A stretch of DNA of 64,000 bases from an uncultured bacterium (GTDB lineage: Bacteria > Pseudomonadota > Gammaproteobacteria > Steroidobacterales > Steroidobacteraceae): assembly GCA_965652645.1 (NCBI GenBank), contig CBFGXE010000003.1:48151-112150 (forward strand), given 5' to 3'. This document shows positions 18,306 through 28,958 of this stretch, piece after piece. Both the position numbers and the translations under genes were made by a program. The stretch's first letter is position 1. Every line of letters begins with the position of its first letter. A model generated the notes under the pieces. The model worked only from the letters and a program-made list of their open reading frames with translations, was not told where the DNA came from and did not search any database.

Positions 18306-18931
18306 GCTCCCCGGCGCCCATCCGCGTCATCCTCGCCGACGACCACCCGGTGGTGCGCGACGGGCTGGCCACCATCGTCAACCAGCAGAAGGACATGCAG
18401 GTGGTGGCCGAGGCCGATGACGGCGACGCCGCCATCGCCGTCTTCGAGGAACACCGCCCGGACGTGATGGTGCTCGACCTGCGCATGCCGCGCCGCGACG
18501 GCGTGTCGGTGGTGGAGCATGTGCTGGACCGGCACCCGAAGGCGCGCCTGCTGATCATGACCACCTACGACGGCGACGAGGACATCTTCAAGAGCCTGAG
18601 CCGCGGCGCCAAGGGCTACCTGCTGAAGGACGCCCCACGCCAGGAGATCCTCGCCGCCATCCGCGCCGTGGCTGCCGACCAGCCCTACACCTCCGGCGCC
18701 ATCGCCGCCAAGGCCCTGCAGCGCATGGCGCGCCCCAGCCTCACGCAGCGCGAGCTCGACGTGCTGCAGCAGCTCGCCCAGGGACGCAGCAACAAGGAAA
18801 TCGGCCGCCGGCTGGCCATCACCGAGGGCACGGCCAAGACGCACGTGAAGGCCATCCTCACCAAGCTGGATGCCATCAGCCGCACCGAGGCGGTGGCGGT
18901 GGCGCACAAGCGGGGGCTGATCCGCCTCTAG
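18302..18931 (+). CDS. response regulator, NarL/LuxR family
   Basis: 209 aa. Receiver IRVILADDHPVVRDGL..PDVMVLDLRMP and LuxR HTH LTQRELDVLQQLAQGRSNKEIGRRLAITEGTAKTHVKAILTKL. ATGA overlap with the kinase gene. Confidence 0.9.
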   Translation: MSSPAPIRVILADDHPVVRDGLATIVNQQKDMQVVAEADDGDAAIAVFEEHRPDVMVLDLRMPRRDGVSVVEHVLDRHPKARLLIMTTYDGDEDIFKSLSRGAKGYLLKDAPRQEILAAIRAVAADQPYTSGAIAAKALQRMARPSLTQRELDVLQQLAQGRSNKEIGRRLAITEGTAKTHVKAILTKLDAISRTEAVAVAHKRGLIRL

Positions 18932-18954
18932 CGCGCCACCGGCGCGCCGGCCGC

Positions 18955-19155
18955 TCAGTGCAGCGTGGCCCAATTGAGGATGCGGATGTCCTCGGCGGGC
19001 AGGTCGAGGTTGCGCGCCAGCAGCGTGCGCAAGTCGGCCGCCTCGCGCTGCGGACGCAGCGCGGCGCGCAGCTCCACCACGCCCCGGTATTCGTCCGGCG
19101 CGGCAGGCATCTCGGCTGCCTCGGTCATGAAATGCGCGTAGTACTTGCGGGACAT
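18955..19155 (-). CDS. small hypothetical protein (66 aa)
   Basis: MSRKYYAHFMTEAAEMPAAPDEYRGVVELRAALRPQREAADLRTLLARNLDLPAEDIRILNWATLH. Coding-like composition, with GGAGGG about 11 nt upstream of ATG 19155 (alternative ATG at 19173). No family recognised. The rest of the 243-aa track ORF looks non-coding. Confidence 0.4.
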   Translation of the reverse strand: MSRKYYAHFMTEAAEMPAAPDEYRGVVELRAALRPQREAADLRTLLARNLDLPAEDIRILNWATLH

Positions 19156-19305
19156 GGAAAAATAGCCCTCCATGGACAGGCTATTCCCGTGCCGTGCACG
19201 CCGCTGTGCGCGGCCGCACAGAACATCATCATATGGTGAAATGCGTTTTTCCCTGATTACACGCGCATCCGACACGCGCAATGCAGCGCATGCAGGTGCG
19301 CCGCG

Positions 19306-19809
19306 ATGAGCCGCTACCGCCCTCCCTCGCGCCCGGGTTCGCGCTACATCACGCCCGCGGGCCACGCACGAATGAAGGCCGAGCTGGACCAGCTCTGGCG
19401 CGTGGAGCGCCCGCAGGTAACCGCAGCCGTGAGCGCGGCGGCCGCGCTGGGCGACCGCTCGGAGAACGCCGAGTACATCTACGGCAAGAAGCGCCTGCGC
19501 GAGATCGACGCGCGCGTGCGGCACCTGCGCAAAAGGCTGGACGGCATGGTGGTGGTGGACCAGCCACCCTCCGACCCGCAGCGGGTGTTCTTCGGTGCCT
19601 GGGTGACGCTGGAGCGCGGTGAGGATGGCGCCGAGCTGCGCTACCGCATCGTCGGGCCGGACGAGTTCGACATGGAAGAGGGTCACATCAGCATGGACGC
19701 GCCGCTGGCGCGGGCACTGCTGGGCAAGCCGCTGGATGCCGAGGTGGTGGTGAACGTAGCGGGCCGCGAGGCCCGCTACGTGATCACTGCCGTGGACTAC
19801 GTGGCCTGA
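19306..19809 (+). CDS. greB: transcription elongation factor GreB
   Basis: 167 aa. ITPAGHARMKAELDQLW..RPQVTAAVSAAAALGDRSENAEYIYGKKRLREIDARVRHLRKRL (Gre coiled coil with acidic tip) and a C-terminal FKBP-like domain. Confidence 0.9.
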   Translation: MSRYRPPSRPGSRYITPAGHARMKAELDQLWRVERPQVTAAVSAAAALGDRSENAEYIYGKKRLREIDARVRHLRKRLDGMVVVDQPPSDPQRVFFGAWVTLERGEDGAELRYRIVGPDEFDMEEGHISMDAPLARALLGKPLDAEVVVNVAGREARYVITAVDYVA

Positions 19810-21234
19810 TCAGACCACGCGCACGTTCTTGAACTGCCAGGGATCGGACAGGTCGAGGTCTTCGGCGAACAGGCGCTCCCGGTCGGCCAGCGGCGACCAG
19901 TCGGAATAGGCACCAGTGACCGTGCCCAGGTAGGGGCGGCACAGCTCCAGCATGCGCTTGTGGTCGAGTTCGTCGGGCTCGACCAGGCCGCGATCGGGGT
20001 TCTCGATGGCCCAGATCACGCCGGCCAGCACGGCCACGGTGACCTGCAGGCTGGTGGCATTGTTGTAGGGCACCAGCTTGCGCGCCTCCTCGACCGACAG
20101 CTGCGAGCCATACCAGTAGGCGTTCTTCTTGTGCCCGGCCAGCAGCACGCCGAGCTCGTCGATGCCCGAGGTGATCTCGTTCATCAGGATGCGCTTGCGC
20201 TCCTGCATGTTCCAGTTGCGCCCGGCCAGCTCGTGGATGGACATCACGGCCGAATCACACGGGTGGTAGGCGTAATGCGAGGTGGGCCGGTAGACCACAT
20301 CGCCATGCTCCTTCACCGTGTAGTAGTCGGCGATGGAGATGGACTCGCTGTGCGTGATCAGGAACCCGTGGATGGGCCCGGCCTTGGGCGTCCAGGTGCG
20401 CACGCGCGTGGCGGCGCCCGGCTGGTTCAGGTAGATGGCCGAGCCGCAACCGAAATCGTGGCGCTTGGCATCGCGCGGGAAGTTGCGCTCATGCGAGCCC
20501 CAGCCCAGCTCCGCCGGCTGGCAACCCTCGGAGACGAAACCGTCCACCGACCAGGTGTTCACGAACTCGCCAACTTCCTTCGGGCGGTTGGTGACCTGCG
20601 TGTCGCGCTCGGCGATGTGGATCACCTTCACGCCCAGCGCGCGCGCCAGGGCGGCCCATTCCTCGCGATTGGCGGGATCGGGCCTGTCGGCCTGCACGCC
20701 GATGTCGCGTTTCAGGTTGAGCAGCGCCTCCTTCACGAAGTGCGAGACCAGGCCCGGGTTCGCGCCATGGGTGATGACGGCGGTGGGATTCTTCGCGGTG
20801 AGCTCGGTGCGCAGCGTCAGCGCATCCTCGCGCAGCGCGTAGTTGGTGCGGCGGGCCGGGGGCACGGTGGGATCGGTGTAGCCGCCCAGCCATGGCTCGA
20901 TGCAGGTGTCGATGTACATGGCGCCGCGTTCCCAGCAGTGCTTGATCAGCGCGGTGCTGGAGACGTCGACCGACAGGTTGACGAGGAAGTCGCCGCGGCC
21001 CAGCAGGCCGTCGAGCACACGCCGGTAGTTCTCGCGCACCAGCGGCTCGACGATGAAACGCACGCCCAGCTGTTCGGCCTCGGCGCGCCCGGCCTCATCG
21101 GCGGTGACGATGACGATGCGCGAGGCGGGAATGCCGATGTGGCGGAGGAAAAGCGGCAGCACGCCCTGGCCGATGCTGCCGAAGCCCACCATCACGATGC
21201 GGCCGGGGAATTCCACGTGAACCTTGTCAGTCAT
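19810..21234 (-). CDS. hss: homospermidine synthase (saccharopine dehydrogenase-like)
   Basis: 474 aa. Rossmann start GRIVMVGFGSIGQGVLPLFLRH and blocks NLSVDVSSTALIKHCWERGAMYIDTCIEPWLGGY and RTNYALRE, as remembered for bacterial HSS. Its stop abuts the greB stop with 0 nt spacing. Confidence 0.75.
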   Translation of the reverse strand: MTDKVHVEFPGRIVMVGFGSIGQGVLPLFLRHIGIPASRIVIVTADEAGRAEAEQLGVRFIVEPLVRENYRRVLDGLLGRGDFLVNLSVDVSSTALIKHCWERGAMYIDTCIEPWLGGYTDPTVPPARRTNYALREDALTLRTELTAKNPTAVITHGANPGLVSHFVKEALLNLKRDIGVQADRPDPANREEWAALARALGVKVIHIAERDTQVTNRPKEVGEFVNTWSVDGFVSEGCQPAELGWGSHERNFPRDAKRHDFGCGSAIYLNQPGAATRVRTWTPKAGPIHGFLITHSESISIADYYTVKEHGDVVYRPTSHYAYHPCDSAVMSIHELAGRNWNMQERKRILMNEITSGIDELGVLLAGHKKNAYWYGSQLSVEEARKLVPYNNATSLQVTVAVLAGVIWAIENPDRGLVEPDELDHKRMLELCRPYLGTVTGAYSDWSPLADRERLFAEDLDLSDPWQFKNVRVV

Positions 21235-21249
21235 TTCGTTGTCTGTACC

Positions 21250-21921
21250 TCATTGAGTGTCGAGCCTGTGCCAGCCGGGCGCGAGGGTCTTCCCGAAACC
21301 CGGCAGCGCTTCCACGCGCCGCAGCCAGCGGGCCAGCTGCGGGTAGTGCACTTCGGCAGGCAGGAAGCGGCTGGCCAGTTCCCGCGCGCCGGGTTGCAAT
21401 AAGGCCCGATGCAGCACGCGGATGCAAGGAAAAATCGCGATGTCCGCCGCCGACGGGGCATCTCCCACGATCCAGTCGCCTTTCGACAGCCTGGCTTCGA
21501 TGGTGCGCGCTTCGCCGGCCACCGTGTGCATGGCGCGCAGCAGCGCGGCCTCGCCGAAACGCGGCGCCGGTTTCACCAGCTCGCCCACCAGGCGCATCAG
21601 GTCGGCCTCGGTGTAGGCCTGGAATTCGTTGATCACGCGCATGATCACGCCGGCCTCCTCGGGGCTGTTGCCGAACAGCGGCGGCGAGGGGTACTTGAGG
21701 TCGAGGTAATAGAGGATGGCCAGCGACTCGAACACCACGTAGTCGCCGTCGCGCAGCACCGGCAGGCGCCCGCGCGGGTTCATCGCCATCAGCTGCGGCG
21801 ACTTGTGCTCCTGGAAATCCGTCTGCAGCAGGTGGCTGCGCCACTCCAGGCCCTTCAGCTGCAGGGCGAGCAGCACGCGCCAGCAGTAGGGGCTGCCGCT
21901 GCCCCAGTACACGTCGATCAC
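21250..21921 (-). CDS. glutathione S-transferase
   Basis: 223 aa. Thioredoxin-like N-domain MIDVYWGSGSPYCWRVLLALQLKGLEW..NPRGRLPVLRDGDYVVFESLAILYYL. Lies 15 nt upstream of hss on the same strand. Confidence 0.85.
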   Translation of the reverse strand: MIDVYWGSGSPYCWRVLLALQLKGLEWRSHLLQTDFQEHKSPQLMAMNPRGRLPVLRDGDYVVFESLAILYYLDLKYPSPPLFGNSPEEAGVIMRVINEFQAYTEADLMRLVGELVKPAPRFGEAALLRAMHTVAGEARTIEARLSKGDWIVGDAPSAADIAIFPCIRVLHRALLQPGARELASRFLPAEVHYPQLARWLRRVEALPGFGKTLAPGWHRLDTQ

Positions 21922-21976
21922 CGCGGGATTGTAGCGGCGAATTGTGCCCGGCGCCGCGCGGCCCCATCATTCGCGG

Positions 21977-22840
21977 ATGAGCGACACGAGTGTTCTCCCT
22001 CCCCTGGTTGATGCCGCAGGATTTGCGGCACTGCTCGACTCGCCGGGTCTCATCGTGGTGGATTGCCGCTTCGACCTGGCCGATCCCGCGCAGGGGCTGC
22101 GGGAGTATGAATCAGGCCACGTGCCCGGCGCGGTGTTCGCGTCGATGGACCAGGACCTGGCCGCGCCGCGCGGCCCGCGCTCCGGGCGGCATCCGCTGCC
22201 TTCGCCCGCGGCTTTCGCGCACCTGCTGGGCCGCTGGGGATTCACGCCCGATTCGCATGTCATCGCCTACGACCAGGCCAGCGGTGCCGGCGCCGCGCGG
22301 CTGTGGTGGATGCTGCGCGCCCGCGGCCATGCGCGGGTGCAGGTGCTCGACGGCGGCTGGCAGGCATGGCTGGCGCAGGGCGGCCCGGTTTCCAGGAGCG
22401 CCCCCGCGATCGCACCCACGCAGGTTTCGCCGCGGGAGTACGCCGGCGTGCTCGATGCGGCCCAGGTCGGGGAGGGACTGGCACGGCAGCAGATCGTGCT
22501 GGTGGATGCGCGGGCCCCGGAGCGCTTCGCGGGACGCAGCGAGACCATCGACCCGGTGGCCGGCCACGTGCCCGGCGCCGCCAACCATCCCTACACGCAC
22601 AACCTGGATTCCACGCAGCACTGGCTTGCGCCCGCCGGACTGCGCCAGCGCTGGGCGCCCCTTGTGCAGAAGGCAGCCAACCGGCCCATGGTGATGATGT
22701 GCGGCTCTGGCGTCACTGCATGCCACAATCTGCTTGCGCTCGAGCTGGCCGGCCATGCCGACACCCGCCTGTACGCAGGCAGCTGGAGCGAGTGGATCAC
22801 CGATCCGGCGCGGCCGGTTGCCACGGGAGAGGACGCTTGA
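21977..22840 (+). CDS. 3-mercaptopyruvate/thiosulfate sulfurtransferase (tandem rhodanese, SseA-like)
   Basis: Two rhodanese domains with active-site loop MMCGSGVTACH (CGSGVTA as in SseA). Start taken at MSDTSV (ATG 21977); ATG 21944 is an alternative. Confidence 0.85.
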   Translation: MSDTSVLPPLVDAAGFAALLDSPGLIVVDCRFDLADPAQGLREYESGHVPGAVFASMDQDLAAPRGPRSGRHPLPSPAAFAHLLGRWGFTPDSHVIAYDQASGAGAARLWWMLRARGHARVQVLDGGWQAWLAQGGPVSRSAPAIAPTQVSPREYAGVLDAAQVGEGLARQQIVLVDARAPERFAGRSETIDPVAGHVPGAANHPYTHNLDSTQHWLAPAGLRQRWAPLVQKAANRPMVMMCGSGVTACHNLLALELAGHADTRLYAGSWSEWITDPARPVATGEDA

Positions 22841-22848
22841 ACGCCGAC

Positions 22849-24777
<1,929 letters not shown>

Positions 24778-24780
24778 GGC

Positions 24781-26880
24781 TCACCACATGTCGCGCAGGC
24801 GCCCGGTGGCGTCGATGCTCACCGGATCCTCCGCCGCGGCCAGGCGCGAATCGGAGGCCCGCGCGCTGACGAAGGAAGCCTGCTCGAAGCACTTCATCAC
24901 CTTGTCGGTGACGAAGCGGCTGCGGCCGCCATAGACATGCGCGTCGCCGCGCGGAGACTGCTGGGTGAGCGGGAACTTCAGCGGCTGGATCAGCTGCAAT
25001 TCGTTGCGGGCGCGGGTCATCGCCACATACAGCAGCCGCCGCTCCTCGTCGATCTGTTCGGGCTTGCTGGCGAATTCGTTCGGGAAGCTGCCGTCCACCA
25101 CGTTGAGCACGTACACCGTGTCCCACTCCATGCCCTTGGCCGAGTGCACGGTGGACAGCACCAGGTAATCCTCGTCGAGGTTGCCCTTGCCCGACAGGTC
25201 GCTGGTGGACTGGGGCGGATCGAGCGTGAGCTCGGTGAGGAAACGCTCGCGGCTGGGGAACTGCTGCGAGAGCTGGTCGAGCTGGTCCAGGTCGCCGATG
25301 CGCGTGTGGAAATGCTCGTAGATGCGCTCCAGGTGCGGCTGGTACCACTCGCGCACCTGGCGCACCTGGCCCGGCCAGGGGCGGCCGGGCTCGGCGAGCT
25401 TTTCCATCAGCCCGGCCAGGCGGCGGAAGTCGCGCTCCACGGCGGCGGGCACCTTGATGCCGGCCAGCGACTTCAGCGAGCCGCCGGCCTCGGCCAGGGC
25501 ATCGAGCGTCCAGCGCGCATTCACCGGCCCCATGCCGGGCAGCAGCTGCAGCGCGCGGAAGGCGGCCAGGTCGTTGCGCGGGTTGTCCGCCCAGCGCAGC
25601 ACCGACAGCATGTCCTTCACGTGCGCGCCCTCGAGGAACTGCAGGCCGCCGTATTTCACGAAGGGAATGCGGCGGCGGGCCAGCTCCACCTCGAGCAGGT
25701 CGCTGTGGCTGCCGCTCCTGAACAGCACGGCCTGGCGGCGCAGGCCCACGCCGCCCTCGCGTCGCTGCAGCACCTGCTGCGCCACGTATTCGGCCTGGGA
25801 GTCCAGGTCATCCACGGTGACGAAATGCGGCGCGGTGCCGCCGGGCCGGGTGGCCAGCAGGTGCTTGCGGAACTGGCGCGGCGCCTCGGCCATCAGCGCG
25901 TTCGCGGCGTCGAGCACGGACTGCGTGGAGCGGTAGTTCTGCCCCAGCGGGATCACCTCGGCCGCCGGCGTGAAGCGGTCAGGGAAGCCCAGGATGTTCT
26001 CCACCGTGGCGGCGCGGAAGGCATAGATGGCCTGCGCGTCGTCGCCCACCACGGTGAGGCCGGCGCCATCCGGCTTCATGGCCAGCACGATGTCTGCCTG
26101 CAGCTTGTTGGTGTCCTGGTACTCATCGACCAGCACGTGGTCGAACTGGCTGCCCACGTGCCGCGCCAGCTTCGGCTCGGACATCAGGATGCTCCAGTAG
26201 AGCAGCAGGTCGTCGTAGTCGAGCAGGCCCAGCTGCTGCTTGCGCGCCACGTAGGCGCGGTAGAGTTTCACCAGGTCAGGCTCCCACTGCGCGCACCAGG
26301 GAAACTGGTCGCGCAGCGTGTCGGCCAGCGGGCGGCCGGTATTCACGCGATGCGAGTAGATGGCCAGGCAGGTGTCCTTGCGCGGGAAGCGTTGCGTGGA
26401 CTCCGCCAGCCCGAGCTCGGTGCGAATGGTGTCGAGCAGGTCCGCGGCATCGGCGCGGTCGATCACCGAGAAGGCCGGGTCGAGCTTCAGCTGCGGGGCG
26501 TAGTGGCGCAGCAGGCGGTTGCCCAGCGAGTGGAAGGTGCCTGTCCAGGTGAGCCGCTGCCCGATGAGGCGCGACCTGCCGCCCAGCGTGTCATCCAGCG
26601 ACTGGCGCAGCACCTCCAGCGCACGGCGCCGCATCTCCACGGCCGCGCGGCGCGTGAAGGTGAGCAGCATGATGCGATGGGGATCCACGCCGTTCACGAC
26701 CAGGTGCGCCACGCGATGCGCCAGCGTGCTGGTCTTGCCCGTGCCTGCCCCGGCGACCACCAGCAAGGGGCCGGCGCGCAGCGGCCCGCCCGGCACGGGC
26801 TCGCCGAAGCTCGCGGCCTTGCGCTGCGCCGTGTTGAGGGATTCCAGATGGGAGGGAACTGCGGACATAATCGACCGCAA
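24781..26880 (-). CDS. ATP-dependent DNA helicase, UvrD/Rep/PcrA superfamily 1
   Basis: 699 aa. Walker A LLVVAGAGTGKTSTLAHRVAHL, motif II VLVDEYQDTN, and TVHSAKGMEWDTVYV and LLYVAMTRAR motifs. Confidence 0.85.
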   Translation of the reverse strand: MRSIMSAVPSHLESLNTAQRKAASFGEPVPGGPLRAGPLLVVAGAGTGKTSTLAHRVAHLVVNGVDPHRIMLLTFTRRAAVEMRRRALEVLRQSLDDTLGGRSRLIGQRLTWTGTFHSLGNRLLRHYAPQLKLDPAFSVIDRADAADLLDTIRTELGLAESTQRFPRKDTCLAIYSHRVNTGRPLADTLRDQFPWCAQWEPDLVKLYRAYVARKQQLGLLDYDDLLLYWSILMSEPKLARHVGSQFDHVLVDEYQDTNKLQADIVLAMKPDGAGLTVVGDDAQAIYAFRAATVENILGFPDRFTPAAEVIPLGQNYRSTQSVLDAANALMAEAPRQFRKHLLATRPGGTAPHFVTVDDLDSQAEYVAQQVLQRREGGVGLRRQAVLFRSGSHSDLLEVELARRRIPFVKYGGLQFLEGAHVKDMLSVLRWADNPRNDLAAFRALQLLPGMGPVNARWTLDALAEAGGSLKSLAGIKVPAAVERDFRRLAGLMEKLAEPGRPWPGQVRQVREWYQPHLERIYEHFHTRIGDLDQLDQLSQQFPSRERFLTELTLDPPQSTSDLSGKGNLDEDYLVLSTVHSAKGMEWDTVYVLNVVDGSFPNEFASKPEQIDEERRLLYVAMTRARNELQLIQPLKFPLTQQSPRGDAHVYGGRSRFVTDKVMKCFEQASFVSARASDSRLAAAEDPVSIDATGRLRDMW

Positions 26881-26958
26881 CTATAGCCAATGCGGTTTCC
26901 GCGTGCCTTGAGCCGTAGCGCATATCCAGCGCCTTGTCGCAACAACGCAGGTTAATCC

Positions 26959-27477
26959 ATGAGTGAAAAGCAGACGGTGTTCAGCGGCACCGTGATCTCC
27001 GTCAACGTCGAACAGGTGGCGCTGCCCAACGGCACCCGCGCGCGCTACGAGATCGTGCACCACCCTGGCGGCGCCGCCGTGGTCGCCGTGGATGACGGGC
27101 AACGGGTCTGCCTGCTGCGCCAGTACCGGCCGGCTGGCGGTGGCTGGGTCTGGGAACTGCCCGCGGGGCGCTTGGAGCCCCGCGAGCCCCCGGATTGCAC
27201 CGCGCGGCGCGAATTGCGCGAAGAAGCCGGCTGCGAGGCGGAGAGCTGGGAATCGCTGGGCAGCATCCTCTCCTCGCCCGGTGTCTTTTCGGAAACCATC
27301 CACCTGTACCTGGCGCGCGGCCTCAGGCAGGGCGCCAGCAGCCATGAGCAGCACGAAGTGATCGAGGTGCACTGGGTGCCGCTGGCTGATGCGGCGCGTC
27401 AGGCGCTCAGCGGCGAATTGCGGGATGCCAAAACTGTGATAGGCCTCCTGCGCGCGATGAGCCACATGTCACAATGA
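26959..27477 (+). CDS. NUDIX hydrolase (ADP-ribose pyrophosphatase-like)
   Basis: 172 aa. Nudix box GRLEPREPPDCTARRELREEAGCE and NudF-like topology. Confidence 0.85.
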   Translation: MSEKQTVFSGTVISVNVEQVALPNGTRARYEIVHHPGGAAVVAVDDGQRVCLLRQYRPAGGGWVWELPAGRLEPREPPDCTARRELREEAGCEAESWESLGSILSSPGVFSETIHLYLARGLRQGASSHEQHEVIEVHWVPLADAARQALSGELRDAKTVIGLLRAMSHMSQ

Positions 27478-27512
27478 CAGGAGATCTGGTAGCGACTGGT
27501 ATCTTCCTGGTG

Positions 27513-27830
27513 ATGGGCAAGAAAGACGACAAGTTCTCGATGCATGTGCCGGAGGAAGACTCCGAGCGGCAGATGCCCGACCACCTGGAGATCATCGAGA
27601 CCGGTCCTGGCGGCAAGCCGAAGAATCGCCTGCAGGGCGGCGCCTACGACCCCTACCAGAAGCAGGACCCGGGCTCCCCGGGCGACACGGCGCGCATCCG
27701 CAAGCCGCGCGTGGACCTGCGCAAGCTCTCCGAGTGGATCAAGACCACGCAGCAGGTGAAGGCGCTGCGCGAGGAAGACCTGCGCGAGGCCGCGCGCCTG
27801 GCCGGGAAGGGCGGCAAGCCCCGCAAGTAG
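27513..27830 (+). CDS. hypothetical basic, disordered-looking protein
   Basis: MGKKDDKFSMHVPEEDSERQ...RKPRVDLRKLSEWIKTTQQVKALREEDLREAARLAGKGGKPRK. High third-position GC consistent with real coding. Start uncertain (ATG 27474 or 27513). No family recognised. Confidence 0.5.
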   Translation: MGKKDDKFSMHVPEEDSERQMPDHLEIIETGPGGKPKNRLQGGAYDPYQKQDPGSPGDTARIRKPRVDLRKLSEWIKTTQQVKALREEDLREAARLAGKGGKPRK

Positions 27831-28955
27831 TCAGGCCGGATGCAGCGGCCGCCAGCGCGCCCGTGCATCCAGCAGGCGCGGCAGGGCCAGCAGGCCCGCA
27901 GCCAGCGCGATCACCGCGGCATGTGCCCACCACAAACCCGGCACCGGCGGCAGTTCGCCGCGTTCCAGCAGCGTGCGGCCGCTGGTGAGCAGGCCCGCAT
28001 GCAACGCGAACAGCAGCACTGCCAGCGGCACGCGCGCATGGCGCCCCTGCCGCGGGCGCAGCCGTGACAGTGGCACCGCGAGGAACCCGAGCACCAGCAC
28101 GCTGGCCACCCAGCCGATGCGCCAGTGCAGCTCCGCCACATGGCGGGGATCGGTCGAGGCCAGCAGCACGCCGTTGGCCAGTCCGTCCACGCGCGGGCGC
28201 CCCGGCAGCCGCGCCTGCGGCACGGCGAGCCGTACCAGCTGTTCCCTGAAGCGGGTGATGCGCCAGTCCAGTCCGCCCGGCGTGCCCTCGTAACCCTCGC
28301 CGTCGAAGAGGCTCACCAGGATGAAGTCGCCCTCGGGCGCGATGCGGTAACGCGCCCGCTCGGCCAGCAGCACCTGCAGCCGCTGCGCACCGGCGCGGAC
28401 AGGCAGGTCGCGCTCGATGAACACCTCGCGCAGTGTGCCGTCGGGATCGGCGGTGCGGAAGTGCAGCGTGGTGCCCTCGCCCACGTCGCGGAACTCGCCG
28501 GGCGCCAGCCCGCGCGTCACGGCGGTGCGCAACGCCGCCAGCCGCAGCGCCGCTACCTCGCGCGCGGCAGCGGGTGCATCGATGAAGGCCACCCAGGCGG
28601 CCAGCAGCGCCACCGGCAACACCACCGCCCCGGCAGCCAGGTAGAGCACGGAACGCGGCATGCCCGCCGCCTGCGCGGCGGTGACCTCGCTGTCGTAGTA
28701 GAGGCGTCCCAGCCCCAGCACGCCGCCGAGCACCACCGCGAAGGGCAGGATCACCCCGAGGTTGCTGCGCAGGGAGAGCAGCACCAGGCGCGGCACGCTG
28801 GCGCCGGGAATCTGCCCGTCGGCGGCGCGTCCCATCACGAAGGAGAACTGGTAGACCAGCAGCACGGCCAGCAGGATCACGGCCACCAGCAGGGTCTGCG
28901 CCGCGATCGCGCGCAGCACATGGCGGAAGAAGATGCCCCGCGCCGCCGCGCGCAT
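27831..28955 (-). CDS. LptF/LptG family permease (YjgP/YjgQ)
   Basis: 374 aa. N-terminus IFFRHVLRAIAAQTLLVAVILLAVLLV. Three TMs, a periplasmic beta-jellyroll-sized insert, then three TMs, typical of the family. No partner LptF/G gene is adjacent. Confidence 0.8.
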   Translation of the reverse strand: MRAAARGIFFRHVLRAIAAQTLLVAVILLAVLLVYQFSFVMGRAADGQIPGASVPRLVLLSLRSNLGVILPFAVVLGGVLGLGRLYYDSEVTAAQAAGMPRSVLYLAAGAVVLPVALLAAWVAFIDAPAAAREVAALRLAALRTAVTRGLAPGEFRDVGEGTTLHFRTADPDGTLREVFIERDLPVRAGAQRLQVLLAERARYRIAPEGDFILVSLFDGEGYEGTPGGLDWRITRFREQLVRLAVPQARLPGRPRVDGLANGVLLASTDPRHVAELHWRIGWVASVLVLGFLAVPLSRLRPRQGRHARVPLAVLLFALHAGLLTSGRTLLERGELPPVPGLWWAHAAVIALAAGLLALPRLLDARARWRPLHPA

Positions 28956-28958
28956 GGC

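Noticed and set aside
22303-22848. N-terminal extension of speA (824-aa track ORF), and similar in-frame upstream extensions for the TonB receptor (52832), malQ (43431), GH57 (45350), lemA (10928), the adaptor (39415), yheS (60971) and yciH (60111).
   Set aside because: The extensions overlap neighbouring genes or intergenic DNA and have non-protein-like composition. They precede internal starts that match the conserved N-termini, signal peptides or lipoboxes of the respective families.
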